DNA of 63,987 nucleotides, filler included, from Dirinaria sp. TL-2023a (GCA_051941275.1; 5 parts of 5 records of this genome joined end to end with filler, not necessarily neighbours in it); one strand, 5' to 3'. Shown: positions 1 through 13,427, counted from the first letter of the whole stretch. The notes: generated by a model from the letters alone, not told the origin. Translations and numbers: made by a program.

Positions 1-2101
1 GATTAGAAGATGCAAGGCAGTGATTTCCTTGCATCCACAAAGCGAGGGGTCGATACCAGAGTCAAGAAGAATTTCCATCGTAGACATATTGCCACCTATA
101 CCAGCGGCGTGCAATGCATTGATTCGGCCCTCGTGAGCCTGAGAAGCTTCAGCAGTTGGGAGGAGCGGTGCCATGAGTTCATCCTCGCCTAGTAGTGCGG
201 TAATGACCAATATCGTCATATCAGCAAACCCGACAACATCTGGTCCAATCTTGTGAAAAATGAACCCGGTCGCCATCATCTCGACATGATTTACGTTGGA
301 CCGTGATTTACCCTCAAGCGTGGAGGCTCGAATCTGTTTATTTGCAGAGACGAATCGAGACTGAATTCTTCTCATCAAGTACAGCTCTGAGGAAGTACGG
401 TCTTCAATCTCACTTCCCTCCGGAACCGCTTTGAGCTGGTGTTTTTTAGAGTGTTCAGCAGGAAACCCTAGAGTCTCTGAAATTCTGCACAAGCCAAGGG
501 GGAGAGCGATGCTGTATGATTTTGCTACCTTCAGCCAGTGGAGAGCTTCTGCCGAATCATAGTCTGTGCCGAGCCCGATAAGATAGCACTCTGCCAAATA
601 TAAGGCGGCCCTCCGGCGGAGTTGGTCCAAGTCGTCAAACGGCGAGCGCGAAGTAGCGTACATCTTGAGTTCATCAAGAGCTTGCCGCTGCAAACTATCT
701 GGAAGGCGTAAGACCGTGTAGTCCAGAATCTGTAAGAGGAAGGTCAGCAGATCACGGTCAATCGCAAAGCAGATCATAATCGAGAAACGGCCAAACTGAA
801 AACAGACAACGTGGAGCGTAGGACCAACTTACTGCGTCTTTTGGGAAATATGTGCTCCATCTCTGAAGGCCTTCATACATGAGATCCGATAGAATTGTAT
901 TCTTTTCGACTTCATTATATTTAACGCTAAGAGCTGGCATCAGTATCATATTGCGGTATTGTAGATTTTTGATCTGACCTAGGCTTCTTTGCAGGGGCCA
1001 CGAGAATCTCCCAGACTTTTACCATTGGCTGCCTTTGTAGATGATCGTCTTGGAGTGACGCGTGAAAAGCTTGTAGAATTTGTTCGTGAAGTCCTCCGCC
1101 CAGACCTCGAACCGAGAGGAATTCCTCGCCGCGCATCAACAATCCGTTGAATGGAAGGTTCGATAGGAAGGTCATCTGCTCCTCCGTGCCTAGATCCATT
1201 TCCGGTGCTTGGGCAGTATCTAACCAAGCCATGTTGAAATAGGATTGTCCATTGTTGATAACTTCCCATAGTAAGAGGCCGAATGAAAACACGTCCGCTC
1301 TGATTGCGACAGCAATGTCGACCGATCTAGAGCTTAATACTCGGTTTCGAACCTCGGGTGCGTTCAATATCAGTGTCCCAGGCGGGAAGTATACGTCTCT
1401 TTCCGGTCGTTCGGGGAAATCGGTGGCACACAAATGTACACTGAGCCCAAAATCGGCCAGTTTGGCTATATAAGAGCCATTTCTGCAGGAAAGACCAATA
1501 TATTTTGAACCTTGAGGTCAGCATGGCAGATTTGCTCCGCATGTAGAACGAGAAGACCCTGGCTGACCTGCTGAGCCAGACCAATCTTCACCTTCGTATC
1601 CAGCTGTTGTCCCTTGGACCTAAGAAAAGACGCCATGTAACCAAGTTCTGAATACTCTAAAAGCAGGTGAAAGAGGCCGTCAGCATAGAGATCAGGACCA
1701 GTTATTGATTCCTCAAAACAAACACCGACAACCTTGACGAACCTGTACGGGGCCACCGGAGAAACCGCTTTGAGGATACGTAATTCAAGCATCACACGAG
1801 CCAAATTGTCATTAGTACGAGTGTTGCGGTTGCTGTCGCCATATCGAAAACGTCTCAAGCGCTTTATAACAACACCAGGGCGGCGTGACAATTCCACGAC
1901 AGCCTGTCCACCGGAACCCACTGTAGCAGGGCCATGGAGGAAGTCATCTACCAAGTCTCTGTAAGCAGAGACCTCCAGTTCGGCAGAATGTAACACCTGT
2001 ATGAAATCAAGGGCAGGCGTTGAGACTCGCGTCTCTCGACCAGCGTCCGAATAGGTCGAATTTTCAGCACCAATGCTATCCGGCCAGAGATAGAAGGACA
2101 T
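1..2101 (-). CDS. Protein kinase (non-RD, TKL-like) with Sel1-like and ankyrin repeats; 3' end runs off the window; apparent 1-nt frameshift at ~1480-1482
   Basis: Kinase motifs in order: GSGGQAVV, VIK, HADLKVQNILV, then (after the frameshift) AKLADFGLS, GTLILNAPE, ADVFSFGLLLWEV. Predicted introns 927-978 and 730-832. The downstream exon encodes Sel1-like YLAECYLIGLGTDYDSAEALHWLKVA (~530-610) and ankyrin-like NALHAAGIGGNMSTMEILLDSGIDP and ITALHLL (1-125). Confidence 0.8.
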
Positions 2102-2449
2102 GGTAGCTCGTGCTTTCGGCGCACGGCGACCAGGAGTGAAGACCTGCTCTTTGAAACGACCTTCTTTTCGTGGATTCGGGACTCGACATTGAAATCAATC
2201 AGCAGCCTGGTCTAAATATCAGCCGAGCGGCGCTCTCAGTCTAATGCAAAAAGTGCCACGTAAGGCGGCGCCCCAATCGAGGCCAGCTGAGAGATGAGGG
2301 ATGAGGGGTGAGAGGGGTGAGGCTGGGGCAGAATTTTGTCTTCTTGGCATTGCTGGATTCCCTGCAAGTGGCAGTAAAGCCCATTTATGAATAGGTAAGG
2401 TATCTACCCCTCGACCTTGGGAAATAGATTAGCCAAAGCTCACAATGGG

Positions 2450-4321
2450 TGATCTGCTCCCGAATCTCTCTGCCTCCTACCATCCGTTGTCCCTGTTGCC
2501 TCAAACGCAGGCGGTTGCTTTCCATAACTTCCCCCAGTTCTCATCATCCATCCAGGTCCCTCCACTTCTGAGCTTTGTATCTGTTGCATCCTCCACTTCT
2601 CCCGCAAAGGCCACCGCATTTATCGAGCCCTTCGCAGAGGAATGCCCTTGGCTCTGTACTTTCCACCTTTTGTTATCAAAGAATATGCTTGCTACGGGGA
2701 TCTTCTCGAGACCCTCTCTCGTACTTCTCGCTAATTCAGGAATCATGGAAACATTGTACGATTTGAAGCGTATTGCACGGGGCTTCTTTGGGAGCCTAGA
2801 AATGGAACTACTTGCTTTATGTCCATCCCAGCACATGCACAGGCTCATCTGAATCCTCTGGAGCGGGCTCGAAGAACTCGAGATTCAAAAAGCCGTGATC
2901 GAGTACGAGATGCTGTGATTAAAAATGAACTTGTAGACAACTACAATGAGAAAGACTAGACGAATAAAGAAGTCTACAATACGGCCAAGAAGACAAATGC
3001 GACTGACGACGATGAGAAATCATTCGTACTTCCAGTGTCAACGAATGAGCAAGGAGAGAGTCCGATGAATCACTGCCGATGATACGATGTCCTAACTCGA
3101 GCTCTTTCAGCGTGGGATCATGTTCTGCTCGAAGCGGAATTGGAAATTCTTCATCGGGAGTCCTATCGAGGGCAACTGCTTTGCGGCCAATAATGATAAG
3201 GCATTTCAAACTTTGGAGAGCGTCGAGGAAATTAAGACGCAAGCTGTTGATATATCCCCGAAACATTGGTGTCGTGTTGAGAGTCCTAAAATTAGGTTCA
3301 GCTATGCCTGTAGGACGAGGTGGAGGGGATATCGTTGCAGTTCCAGTGCAACAGAAGCATGCAAGTTCCGTACAGTTGAAGGCACACCATACACAAAGAA
3401 GGTATTTTGAGTTATTGCCCACGAAAATTCGTCCAACGTACCGTTTATCACTTCTATGTACCCCATAGATTTGAATTTTGAAAGATTCCAACCATTTCAG
3501 CCACTGAACCAGGTTAGCTGGTGATTTTATTTGGTTTGCAGGATTAGCCGTTTAGTATCAGAACCAAGATATCGAATAGCATGTATCATGGAACCATAGA
3601 GCCTTCAAGGTTTATAAAGAAAAGCAGATGAGGAGTGATGGAGTAAACGACACACATTTTCGGATCGCTCGTTGCGTAAGACCAAATTGGCTCTGGTTGG
3701 GTCATCTGTGAAAATAACTTCTCAAATACCATTGGAAGTCCTCACGGAAATTAGCATCACCAGTCTTCGTTACTGGCGCTTCCCCGCTTTCCTGTGCCTC
3801 TACGTTCTGAATGCATCCTGGTTCTCCTCGTGGCCTCCTATCATGGAGGCAAGCACGTCATCCCAGTGATTAGAAAGTGTCTTTCTTCCAGGCAGGAGTC
3901 ATAATCCACGATCAAAGTCTCAAGACTTAGGAATTAAGAGAGAGTTTGGTGAGGATAGTACGGAGCGTTGGTGGAAAGAACTATCAAATGGGCACGAATT
4001 CTTTTATTCCACTGCGTTGGCACTGTGCGCCGGAAATGTACAATCCTGCCGTGCGCAATTTGACTATTCGAATTGAGATATTGTACTGCTGCACTCGACT
4101 TCTCGGTCTTACAGAGTATGACAGATCAAAAGCGATCCTGGGTGAGAAATTTTCCAGAAGTAAGTGCAGGAGCGACTTAGATTGAATAGGATCTGCTGGC
4201 CAAAGGATGTAATTTTCGATACCTGTCTGTGACCTTCGTAATGAGGCTCTTGTTCCTGTGCAGTGTTTTTGCGGGACACATCACCAATGATGTTGTCATC
4301 TACATTGCTATCATTCTCCAT
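2450..4321 (-). pseudogene. Possible decayed gene (LRR/RNI-like fragments)
   Basis: Broken minus-strand ORFs (4109-4348, 2919-3491, 2501-2848) with Leu-patterned stretches such as FLDALQSLKCLII and HDPTLKELELGH. Many stops; no coherent gene model. Confidence 0.25.
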
Positions 4322-4694
4322 GTTCCCTTTGTAGGGCCTTGCAGTCAATTCAGAAATGAATCAGAAGCCACGCACCATTGGCTCGCAGAATAGGTATGCC
4401 AGCAAATGATGGATGTTAGCGTGGATCACCAGATGTCGCGTTGTAGAGTACTCCGTATGAGCTCATTAGATAAACCGCTGCCGGGCGAAATCTTGGCATA
4501 TCGCGCTAGCCCCGGACTTTTAATTTATCTCCGTACCTTTCTTCCCACACAGAATCTTTACAGGACCAATGCTTCCAGGTTGGGCAGTATGCCTTGTCGT
4601 GATGGTTCGATGATGTTATTATAGCGTTTCAATTCTTTGGCCTTGAGGTCGTCCCCTTACCCCTCTATCTATCAGTTTAAGACTACGCTGCATC

Positions 4695-5571
4695 ATGTCT
4701 CGCCCTGAAGAAACTCTGTATAGAATCGCTCCCCTCGCAATATTCGCATCAATACCATAGCTCACGAATCATTAGCCCACCAGACCTCTTCTACTCCGAC
4801 CTTGAGTCTCGGAAATATACCACCTCCAGCCGCATCCTCTCGATCCAATCCTCCATGACGCACCGCGCCCTCGAGCTCCTCGCCTTGACCACCCCCTCGC
4901 TAATCCTTGACATCGGCTGCGGCTCCGGGCTGTCAGGCGAAATCCTATCCTCGGTACCTCCGACCGAGGGTGGTCCTCATATCTGGATCGGCATGGATAT
5001 CTCTTCGTCGATGCTCGATATCGCCTTGCAACGAGACGTTGAAGGCGACCTCCTCCTCGCAGATATTGGACAAGGGGTCCCGCTTCGACCGGGGAGCATC
5101 GATGCTGCCATCAGCATCAGCGCCATTCAATGGCTGTGCAACGCCGACTCCTCCTCTGTCTCACCCGAAGGCCGGCTCTCCCGCTTTTTCTCCGGTTTGT
5201 ATGCCGCATTGAAGCGCGGTGGGAGGGCCGTCTGCCAGTTTTACCCTAAGAATGAGCTGCAAAGGAAAATGATCAGCGAAGCGGCGGTTAGAGCGGGGTT
5301 CAATGCGGGGATATTGGAAGATGAGCCGGGAACCAAGAACGCCAAGGTTTATCTGGTGTTGAATGTGGGAGGCGGAGAGATCACGCAGGTGGTAAAGGGC
5401 ATGGATGGGGTGGACGTGATGGATGCAAGAATAAGAAGAGGGAAGGTGGAGGGGGAGAAGAAGGGTGGGAAGAAGTGGGTAATGCGCAAGAAGGAGGCGA
5501 TGGAGAGGAGGGGTAAAGTGGTGAAGCGGGATTCGAAGTATACTGGCAGGAAGAGGAGGGTACATTTCTAG
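4695..5571 (+). CDS. BUD23: 18S rRNA (guanine-N7) methyltransferase Bud23/WBSCR22
   Basis: Exon 1 4695-4717 (MSRPEETL), intron 4718-4775, exon 2 PPDLFYSDLESRKYTTSSRI. SAM-binding motif ILDIGCGSGLSG, ISISAIQWLCNA, and basic C-terminus SKYTGRKRR. Confidence 0.96.
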
Positions 5572-8500
5572 AGTGTCGATATGTAGTGAGCTGAGCCTTG
5601 TTCATTGGTTCAAATGCTGCAGATTTAGCGAGGTGTTTAGGAGTCGCCCAATATAGATACCGATGACTTGTCATTGCGACCTATGCTCGACTTGACGAGA
5701 GCGAACCAAGTTGAGTTTTTACTTCTTGATATTTTGGGACTACCAGCAAGCCTTTAAATTTTCATGAGGCCATTCATATTGCGAACATTGGAGGGGCAGC
5801 GAGAACTCGTGTTTTTTTTTTCTTGGTCCCCTTTGGAAAAGCGTAGTGGCTGTCCTGGGAATGTAAGTAAAGTTTAGATACTGGGCACCCATGGCGATGG
5901 CGTGAGCCTCTCTAAGAGGCTTATAAGCTCAGAGAGCTGGGGCCATTTCGCGGCACCTGCATCCGGAGTTCTCGTTTCCCCGTCCACTCGCTTTTTTGGT
6001 AATGGTGCTTGCCGGGCAATCTGTGGGGTACCCGTGGTTAGTGAGTTGCTTTCCCCCTGGAGCTCCGGATTTGTATCAGCCTTGCCTGCGATAGCGTGCC
6101 ACTCACTCACTCACGTTACCTTAGTATGTAGCTGGAAAAACTAGCCATTTCGAGCGCTATTCATTCATAATTAGATCTATGAGTACGATTGTTTTCCCCA
6201 ATCTGCACTTTTTTAATCGAACGAAAGTACACGAAAAAGAAATACCTATTTTCAATTGAAAAGTACGATATCGTACGATGGAATTCAGTTTCAAGGTCCT
6301 GCTTGAGCTCAGCTGTTGCCTTGAAGATCATGATAGGGTTTCCATAGTCTCGGTAAACCCTAGGTAGATATGTATAAGGTATGTGCGTGCCGCGTGCCGC
6401 GTGCCATCAATCCCACTTCCGTCTTTGGAAAGGAAAATTTTGCCTGATTGAGTTTTGATTAAGATGGAGTCGGGGGCCATTACGATTGGAATTCCATTTT
6501 AGGTATTACTGTATTGGATTAATGATGGACTTGACCAGCAAATAGGTAGAACGGGCTGAATATAGTAACGTCGATCAGTGTGGCAAAACGTGCATACGCT
6601 CCCATGCACATCATAAGGTAGGTGTCCTGTCAACTTCGGCAGGCCCTTCTTATTCTGGACGTTGTCCCGTGCCTGGGTTTCGTGCTACTGCCAGACAGTC
6701 CATGCGAATGCTAGCTAGGCCGCGAAGCTCAAAGCATTCGATCGTTCTATGCGACTATGTCTCCAAGCACCCAACAGGTTCTTGGATAGGAGTTGCATAT
6801 GAGGCGACTCCAGAGGTTCTTGAGGGCAATCTTTGCTGTCGAAATCTTCCAGCACAGGTTTTGTTGTGGAGATATTCGGATTCATGGCAATTGTTCCCAG
6901 TATTCTCGATCTTGGGCGTCTTGGAAAAACCGGCTTGAGTCCGGGGTGGTAACAAGGTTTACCGTTCCCCAACAATGGGCTCCTTCTGCAGGACAATTGC
7001 TCGACCCTATTGGGCATGCTCATATCTGGCAGCACGCTAGCAGGAATGCCGGTTTGTCATTTTGAAACAAAGACGAGCGCTCAGCGATTGAGTGCCGCGG
7101 ATCGCAACACATCCGGGGCAGCGTAAATCAAATCGGTCCGAGGGAACATGTCTGCGTAACGAGTTATTTTTGTTTGTCGCCAGTTTCCTATCTATCGTCA
7201 GTCACCGTAACGGGATAGTTCCAGAAACTGCATGCTGATCGTCCGCGGCGGGACGGGAAGCACAGCCATTGCGTGCCGATCATGTGTACTAAGACGCTGA
7301 ATGGCGCCACGCTACGTTAGTAGAAACTTGAAGTATGCTAACAAGACATTTTGGGTGGAATTTTGACAGTCTTTTACACCGAGCAGCAACCAGTAGAATA
7401 GCCACCGACCAGCTTGAAAAATGGAAATTGTCACCGCTGCCTGGCTGCTTCATTCATGAAGCCAGGGCGTCACATATAGGGAATCCTCGGCCGAAAATGC
7501 ACCTTCATAGAAAACAGAGTCGAACGTCCTAGTAAAATATTTGTAGAGTCCTTCCAAGGCTCTCAAGGATCTGGCGAACAAATCCGAATTCGCAATAATC
7601 TGGAGATCTTGGAAGAAATTCCATATATCGCCGATAGATGGTCAATGCTTTTTCTTTGCTTTTTATTTTTCTCTTTTTTTCTTTTTTTCTTCTTCTTTCC
7701 CTTACCCCTCCTCCAAAAATGCAAGAGCCTCGGTTCAGATCTCGACTCTGCGTTCTGGGTTGTGAAGAGTGTGGCGAGACTGGTCTAGACTCGAAAAGTT
7801 TCGAGGCTTGAAATCGCGTGGCTTAGCTTACAGGGGTTTCAGTGGGTAAGCGCAGCGCAAGCGCGATATGACGTCGGGTTCGTGGAAAAAAAACCGTAAT
7901 GTCAACCATCCCACCAATTGTAAGCTCAATGGCGGTCATCGATGCCTGCTCTTTACATGTACGCCGTCCCAAGCGTGCCGGGAGCTTTTAGACCAACCTT
8001 CCAAATAGCACCAATTGATGCCGGTAGAGCCTAGTAGATTGGTTGATCTACTACGCTTGATTAAGGCAGTCAACGATCCCATGCCTTGCTGATCCTTTCC
8101 GCTTCTTGGGCATGGGTCTGCTATCTTTACCACATTCTGCACTTTTCATGCTCTTCTGCAGTCATCCAGATGGGGAAGATACTACTAGGATTGTGATGAT
8201 TCCAGATAGATAATGTATGCAACGTGGTTCTTCGGTAATCTGTCCACCGGTCAGAGAAGGAAAATCATCCGTTCCTGGCTTGAAGCCCGATCTTTTAATA
8301 GCCGCCACGTTTTCTCGGGTGACGATACTGCTGTTCAATGCGGTATACCATTCACGTGGATGCGTCAGAGATTCAGGAACAATCAATGCGTGAACGGGTA
8401 GCGCAGATTGGCGGAGGTTGCTCCGGAATGTTCGAGACGCAAAGAAAAGAGGTCTAAGCCACAGCCTATATCGCGTGCCATATCGTCGCGTTAAAGGTAG

Positions 8501-9828
8501 GTGGTCCATTATTTGCTGTCGGCACTGTGGACTCAAGTTTGAATACAAGCTTTGACTAAGGGCATTGGAAGGGTAGACGGAAGCCCTTGAGCCACTAAAG
8601 CCATGTCTCTGCCACTCTGGTCCAGTAGGATGTGGGCAAATACTAAGCTTCCCTGCAAGGGCCGGGGGGATGGCGTTTAAAAGCAGGGGTAATTTCCATG
8701 GTGTGTGCGCACTTCATCTCGATTTTCTCCCAAGGAGGGATTTAGATGGGCCCAGCCACACTCCCTCGGCTTTGCCACATGATACGATCAGTACCAGGGT
8801 TTCGTCATGGCATTGAGATCACCATCATACAGTCACCAGACTATGTGGTAATAGGTATCACTCGTGTGTGCCATCTGCTGCTTCGAAGGAAAAATGGCTA
8901 TTTCTACAAGGCAGGGACCACCGTTCTCTGTCCGCCTCTTCCATGTATTCCTAAACTGCCTCCCGTGCAGAATCCTGCCCTCTTGCCCGTTCGCCAAATC
9001 CAATGCTCACTGGCGAGGGTCTCCATTGTCCAATACATTCCCTTCAGCTAAGCATTCTCTTACGCGGGTAGCCAGCCTCCCGCTGTCTGCAGCGGGTGCA
9101 TGGGTTTCAGCTCTCCTTGAGTCGTCGAAATCAAGGAAAAACAAGGCTTCAAGCTCACTGATGCCCGTACCGGGTTGGAGCCAATAATAGCCAGCAGGTG
9201 GGCATTTGCGGCTTCGCCACCGCATATCCGAGCTCTAGTACAGAGGTACGTCTGGCGTTAGAAAAGGAACCTCCACAGGGCTTCCCCAAAGATGGGTAGT
9301 TCCCGCCATAAGGCCTATCATCTCGTCGATCACACAGGCTATTATTATTATACATCAGGATGTTTGGCCTTACATGTCTTCCTATTCGTCTGTGAAGTGT
9401 CGAGTACTTTCAACCTTCTCCCGTCAAGCGACGATATGTTCCACCGCCAGTTCATCTCCCTTCAAGTCAGTCCTAATACGGACAGCTGATCGCTTCTCAA
9501 GCCAATCTTCAAGCGAGCTGGCTATGCTGGCGCTCCGAATCGTTCAACGCATTGCCTGATCGAGGTGTTGCGCCTGCAAATCGTACCTATACGGACAGCA
9601 AAGCTTTCAAGAGCATCCTTTTCGGGTCGTCGAGCTTCCGGTAACTGCCCCTAGGAGAGCTTGTCTATATCTCAGGGTGACGGAGCGAACGGGTCTCTTA
9701 TCATAAGGTAGATTTCTGAGTGTCATACTATATCTTCCCAGTTCGATCAAGCAAAGATGTCGACTGACATGCCATTGCTCTGGGTGCAGTACTGGACGGC
9801 CCTACCGGTCCTTGTGGAAGACGGAGAA

Positions 9829-11980
9829 ATGAACGATGGCAACCACCTCGGCGGCAGATTGCCGCCAGGCACCTACCCTGTCGACCCATCGCTCCAGTAT
9901 CGCGTAGACGAGGACCCAAATCCTTCGCCAAACAGTACGTCGACGTACCGAGCATTTCTGAACGTCTCTGATTGCAATTCACAGGCTCTGTTGGCGCTTC
10001 CCATAATATCATCTCCCAAGCGCCAGCTTCGCAGCAGCACTACGGCCCCGATCAATCCTATACCACGTCTGAATACAGTGCCAACCAATTCGCAGGCCAA
10101 ATGCAGCCCCACGGTCCTTTCAGCATGCTGGGTATGGCTGGAGCATTACCAGAATACCAAGCTTCAAAACCTTCACACGCTCCCCAGCCTGGTCAGCAAC
10201 GGCAGCATCCAGCTCATACAGCCACGAACTTGGGCTACCAAGTCCATCAAATCCCTCATTATGCAGATCAAAATTCAGCAAACCCTTCAAGCCATGCATC
10301 ACTCCCTCCACAATACGCTACGCCATACCAGCAAGCCACCACGCAAGCTTTTGCTCAGCAACATCCTGGCCAAGCGCCTCACCTACGGTCCAATCCAGGT
10401 CCAGCTAACTTCTCCGGTGGCCCATACTTTACAAATCCGCAGCCGCAGGCCTTCTCATACTTCCCAGGACAATATGGGCAAACGGTTCAGCCTCAATCTG
10501 GTCCGTCAGGTCAACAAGGGATGTATCCCATACCGTTCGGTCGACCAGCGGGCCAAGCTTATGGTCAAGGTACACACTGGCCCGATTCTGGCGCACATCC
10601 ATCATTCTTCGAGGGACTTTGCTAAACTCGTTCACTCCCTAGGAATTCCAATGTCATACGGGCATGCGTCGACTGTGTCTCCTTTGAAGAGTGGCGGTGG
10701 ACCTCGTGAGCCTTCCACATTGCCTTGCAACGGACGATCGCTAACTTCGGAGAAGCTGGTAGAGCCCATCCAAATGTCAGCTCTGGCGTTATCCCATCTT
10801 CTCCCCGTGGTCCGCCTCGGAAACCCAAGCAATCCGGCCATGCGCTCTGGGTCGGCAATCTTCCTTCAGGGGCACTGGTCACCGACCTGAAGGACCATTT
10901 TTCAAAGGATGCTACGCTTGACATCGAGAGCGTTTTCCTTATTTCAAAGAGCAATTGCGCCTTTGTGAACTATCGGACTGATGCTGCTTGTGCAGCTGCG
11001 ATGACCCGATTTCACGACTCACGATTCCACAGCGTCCGTCTAGTATGTCGCCTTAGAAGAACCTCGACGGCTTCAGTGCAAGGGGGGGTTCCTCTGGGGC
11101 CAGCGGCTCTTATGCCCACTCTGGCACAGTCACAGACAGCTGCCGAAGCCATTGCTCAAAATCGCGAAGTCTCCTCCAGGGCAGAAGAGTTGGCAAAGGC
11201 TGAAATGCTAAGGGACGGCGAAGCTCCTCCGGCGAAACATGCCGATAAGTATTTTATCATGAAGAGCTTGACGGTGGAGGACATGGAGTTGAGTGTCCGC
11301 AACAGTATCTGGGCAACGCAAGGGCACAACGAGGATGCGCTGAACAAAGCTTTCGAGGTCAGTGATAGAACTATGAGTATGGAATTTTACTGACCCTGGG
11401 AAAGACCACTGAGAATGTCTATCTTGTCTTCTCCGCCAACAAGTCAGGCGAGTACTTCGGTTTCGCGCGCATGGCGTCGCCCATCAGTGAAGAAGCAGCC
11501 AAGGACCTTGACTGGGCCCCGAAGACCGAGGCCGTGGTCGATGACCCTGACCTACCTCGCTCGATAGTGACTCCAGCGACTGAGACGGCTCCGCGTGGTC
11601 GCATCATTGACGATTCTGCACGAGGCACTATCTTCTGGGAAGCCGACCCTGTGGACACAGACACGTCGCAAGACACTGAAAGCGAGCTTGAAGACCATGA
11701 AAGCGATGACGAGACAGAAGAGCAACAACCCTTGTCAGAAACCCAAGCGTACGGTAGACCCTTCAAGATCGAATGGCTATCTAACAATCGCCTTCCCTTC
11801 TACCGCACTCGTGGTTTAAGGAACCCTTGGAACGCCAACCGAGAAGTCAAAATCGCCCGGGATGGCACCGAGCTCGAGACCAGTGTTGGAAGACGGCTGA
11901 TCCAAATGTTTCAAAAGATGACTCCTATAGAATCGCCCGTCCAGCCACAGATGCCTTGGCCTCCTAGCCGTTCAGGTTAA
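9829..11980 (+). CDS. RRM + YTH (YT521-B-like) RNA-binding protein with Q/P/Y-rich N-terminus
   Basis: Spliced model with introns ~9934-9984, 10570-10642, 10706-10755 and 11358-11404. RRM: ALWVGNLP, SNCAFVNY. YTH: KYFIMKS, SIWATQGHNE, VYLVFSANKSGEYFGFARM, FKIEW, NPWNANREVKIARDGTELE. Start codon uncertain; a 5'UTR intron at ~9708-9789 is likely. Confidence 0.88.
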
Positions 11981-12347
11981 GGGGCTTGACATCTCAACTT
12001 GTCAGTAGTCCCCGGGTTCTAATGGACTTCACTCGGTATTCCTTGAAGCCCTGCCGGTCAGGCTTTAGCTTATACCTCGCCCCTCCCTATCGGTTTTAGA
12101 ATGTAACAAATGTTCTTGAATAGTACGACACCTTCCTTGACGATAGCACGACCCTTGTATTGTCCGCTACATTCACCAAGCAACGATATCAAATTTCTCA
12201 TCTAAGAAAGCGAAAGAGGAGGTGAAGACACGACCAAGAAAACAAAGACAAATCTTCATTTCCGATGTTTGTAACACCATTAGCATTGCGGCGACTTTGA
12301 GGCCTCTGTTGCGCTTAGCAAGCGGAATGTTGTAATACGAGTGATTG

Positions 12348-12371
12348 AGTGAGAGAGAGAGAGCGAGAGAG
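12348..12371. repeat. (GA)n microsatellite
   Basis: The sequence gtgagagagagagagcgagagagg is visible directly. Confidence 0.7.
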
Positions 12372-12751
12372 GCACTTCTTGATTACTACCCCGAGGTGAA
12401 GATGATGGATGGATACCTTAGGCTTCTATACATACACAGACATACACACATATACCAAGGTAGAAAGAAATGAGCAAGAGCTATTTCTCCCCAAAAAAAA
12501 AAAAAAAGGCCACCTCTCTCCCGCTTCGCACATTAAGTTAATATCCTGCGCGATGAACTAACTCCTTTTCCATCCGATCTATCCATCTACCCTCTTTTTT
12601 CCCCCATTTCATTCCCCAATACCCAGCCCGTTATGTTATCACAACACGTAAGGGAGTTTTAAAATAAAATAAAGTAAAACTCACCATTTGGGTGGGGGGA
12701 AAGCTCTTGCGGCCCCCTTGACAATATCCCCCCCCCCCCCAAGAATTGTAG

Positions 12752-12851
12752 NNNNNNNNNNNNNNNNNNNNNNNNNNNNNNNNNNNNNNNNNNNNTTAAT
12801 TAATTAANNNNNNNNNNNNNNNNNNNNNNNNNNNNNNNNNNNNNNNNNNNN
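12752..12851. other. Artificial contig-joining spacer (100 nt, N44-TTAATTAATTAA-N44)
   Basis: N run with a central six-frame stop linker; identical to the other three spacers. Confidence 0.98.
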
Positions 12852-13427
12852 ACTTAACAGTGCTTGGTGTTTGATGCTTGGTCCATAAACCCTGCTTTAA
12901 CCCTACTGTCTATACCCGCTTGGTGGACAGGTGGATACCTATCGATTAATGACTGCTCCTTTTTTCCCCTCTCTCTCTCTTCTGCAATTCCGAGTTTGTC
13001 TCCTACAAAGATTGGATTCTGGCGGCGAGGATGAACACTTCTTGATAATCGCTATAGAGTCTCAGCCGCTTTCTACGCTTTTGAACTGTTCGACCTATGA
13101 TTCCCGGCATTTTCCAAAAGTCGAATCAAGCTGTGTGGAAGTATCTGATTTCTTATCGTCACTTGGATGACGATTGAATCAGGTCATCATTTTGCTCAGA
13201 TCATCAGTAACCCGGATAAAAGTATCGTCGCTGAAAATACTGCATAGAAGGGAAAGCAGTGAAAAATAGCAAGTTCTATTGATAAGGTAGTGTTGGACGG
13301 TATTTTTGATGAGGGACATGGGGAGGTGAGGTGGTGGGAAGAATTGCTTAGCAACCCAACAAGCAGAGTTCGGTATTGGCGGAAAATTGACGCATTTCTT
13401 ATTAAGTGACCTCGAGCAAGCGTGGAA

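Noticed and set aside
5600..9700. Short ORFs (e.g. 8162-8548, 6715-7035) in the BUD23-YTH interval
   Set aside because: No recognisable motifs or splice-consistent model; more likely regulatory or UTR sequence.
9757..10890. 377-aa ORF as an independent gene
   Set aside because: Only parts of it are real exons of the RRM-YTH gene. The rest is an alternative frame over a low-complexity exon.
4695..11980. BUD23 plus YTH as an RNA-methylation writer/reader module
   Set aside because: BUD23 makes m7G on 18S rRNA while YTH domains read m6A or unmodified motifs. The genes are 4 kb apart with no functional link in the sequence.
12796..12807. TTAATTAATTAA palindrome recurring every ~12.8 kb as a biological periodic element
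   Set aside because: It is always centred in 100-nt N runs, which marks it as a six-frame stop linker added during assembly.
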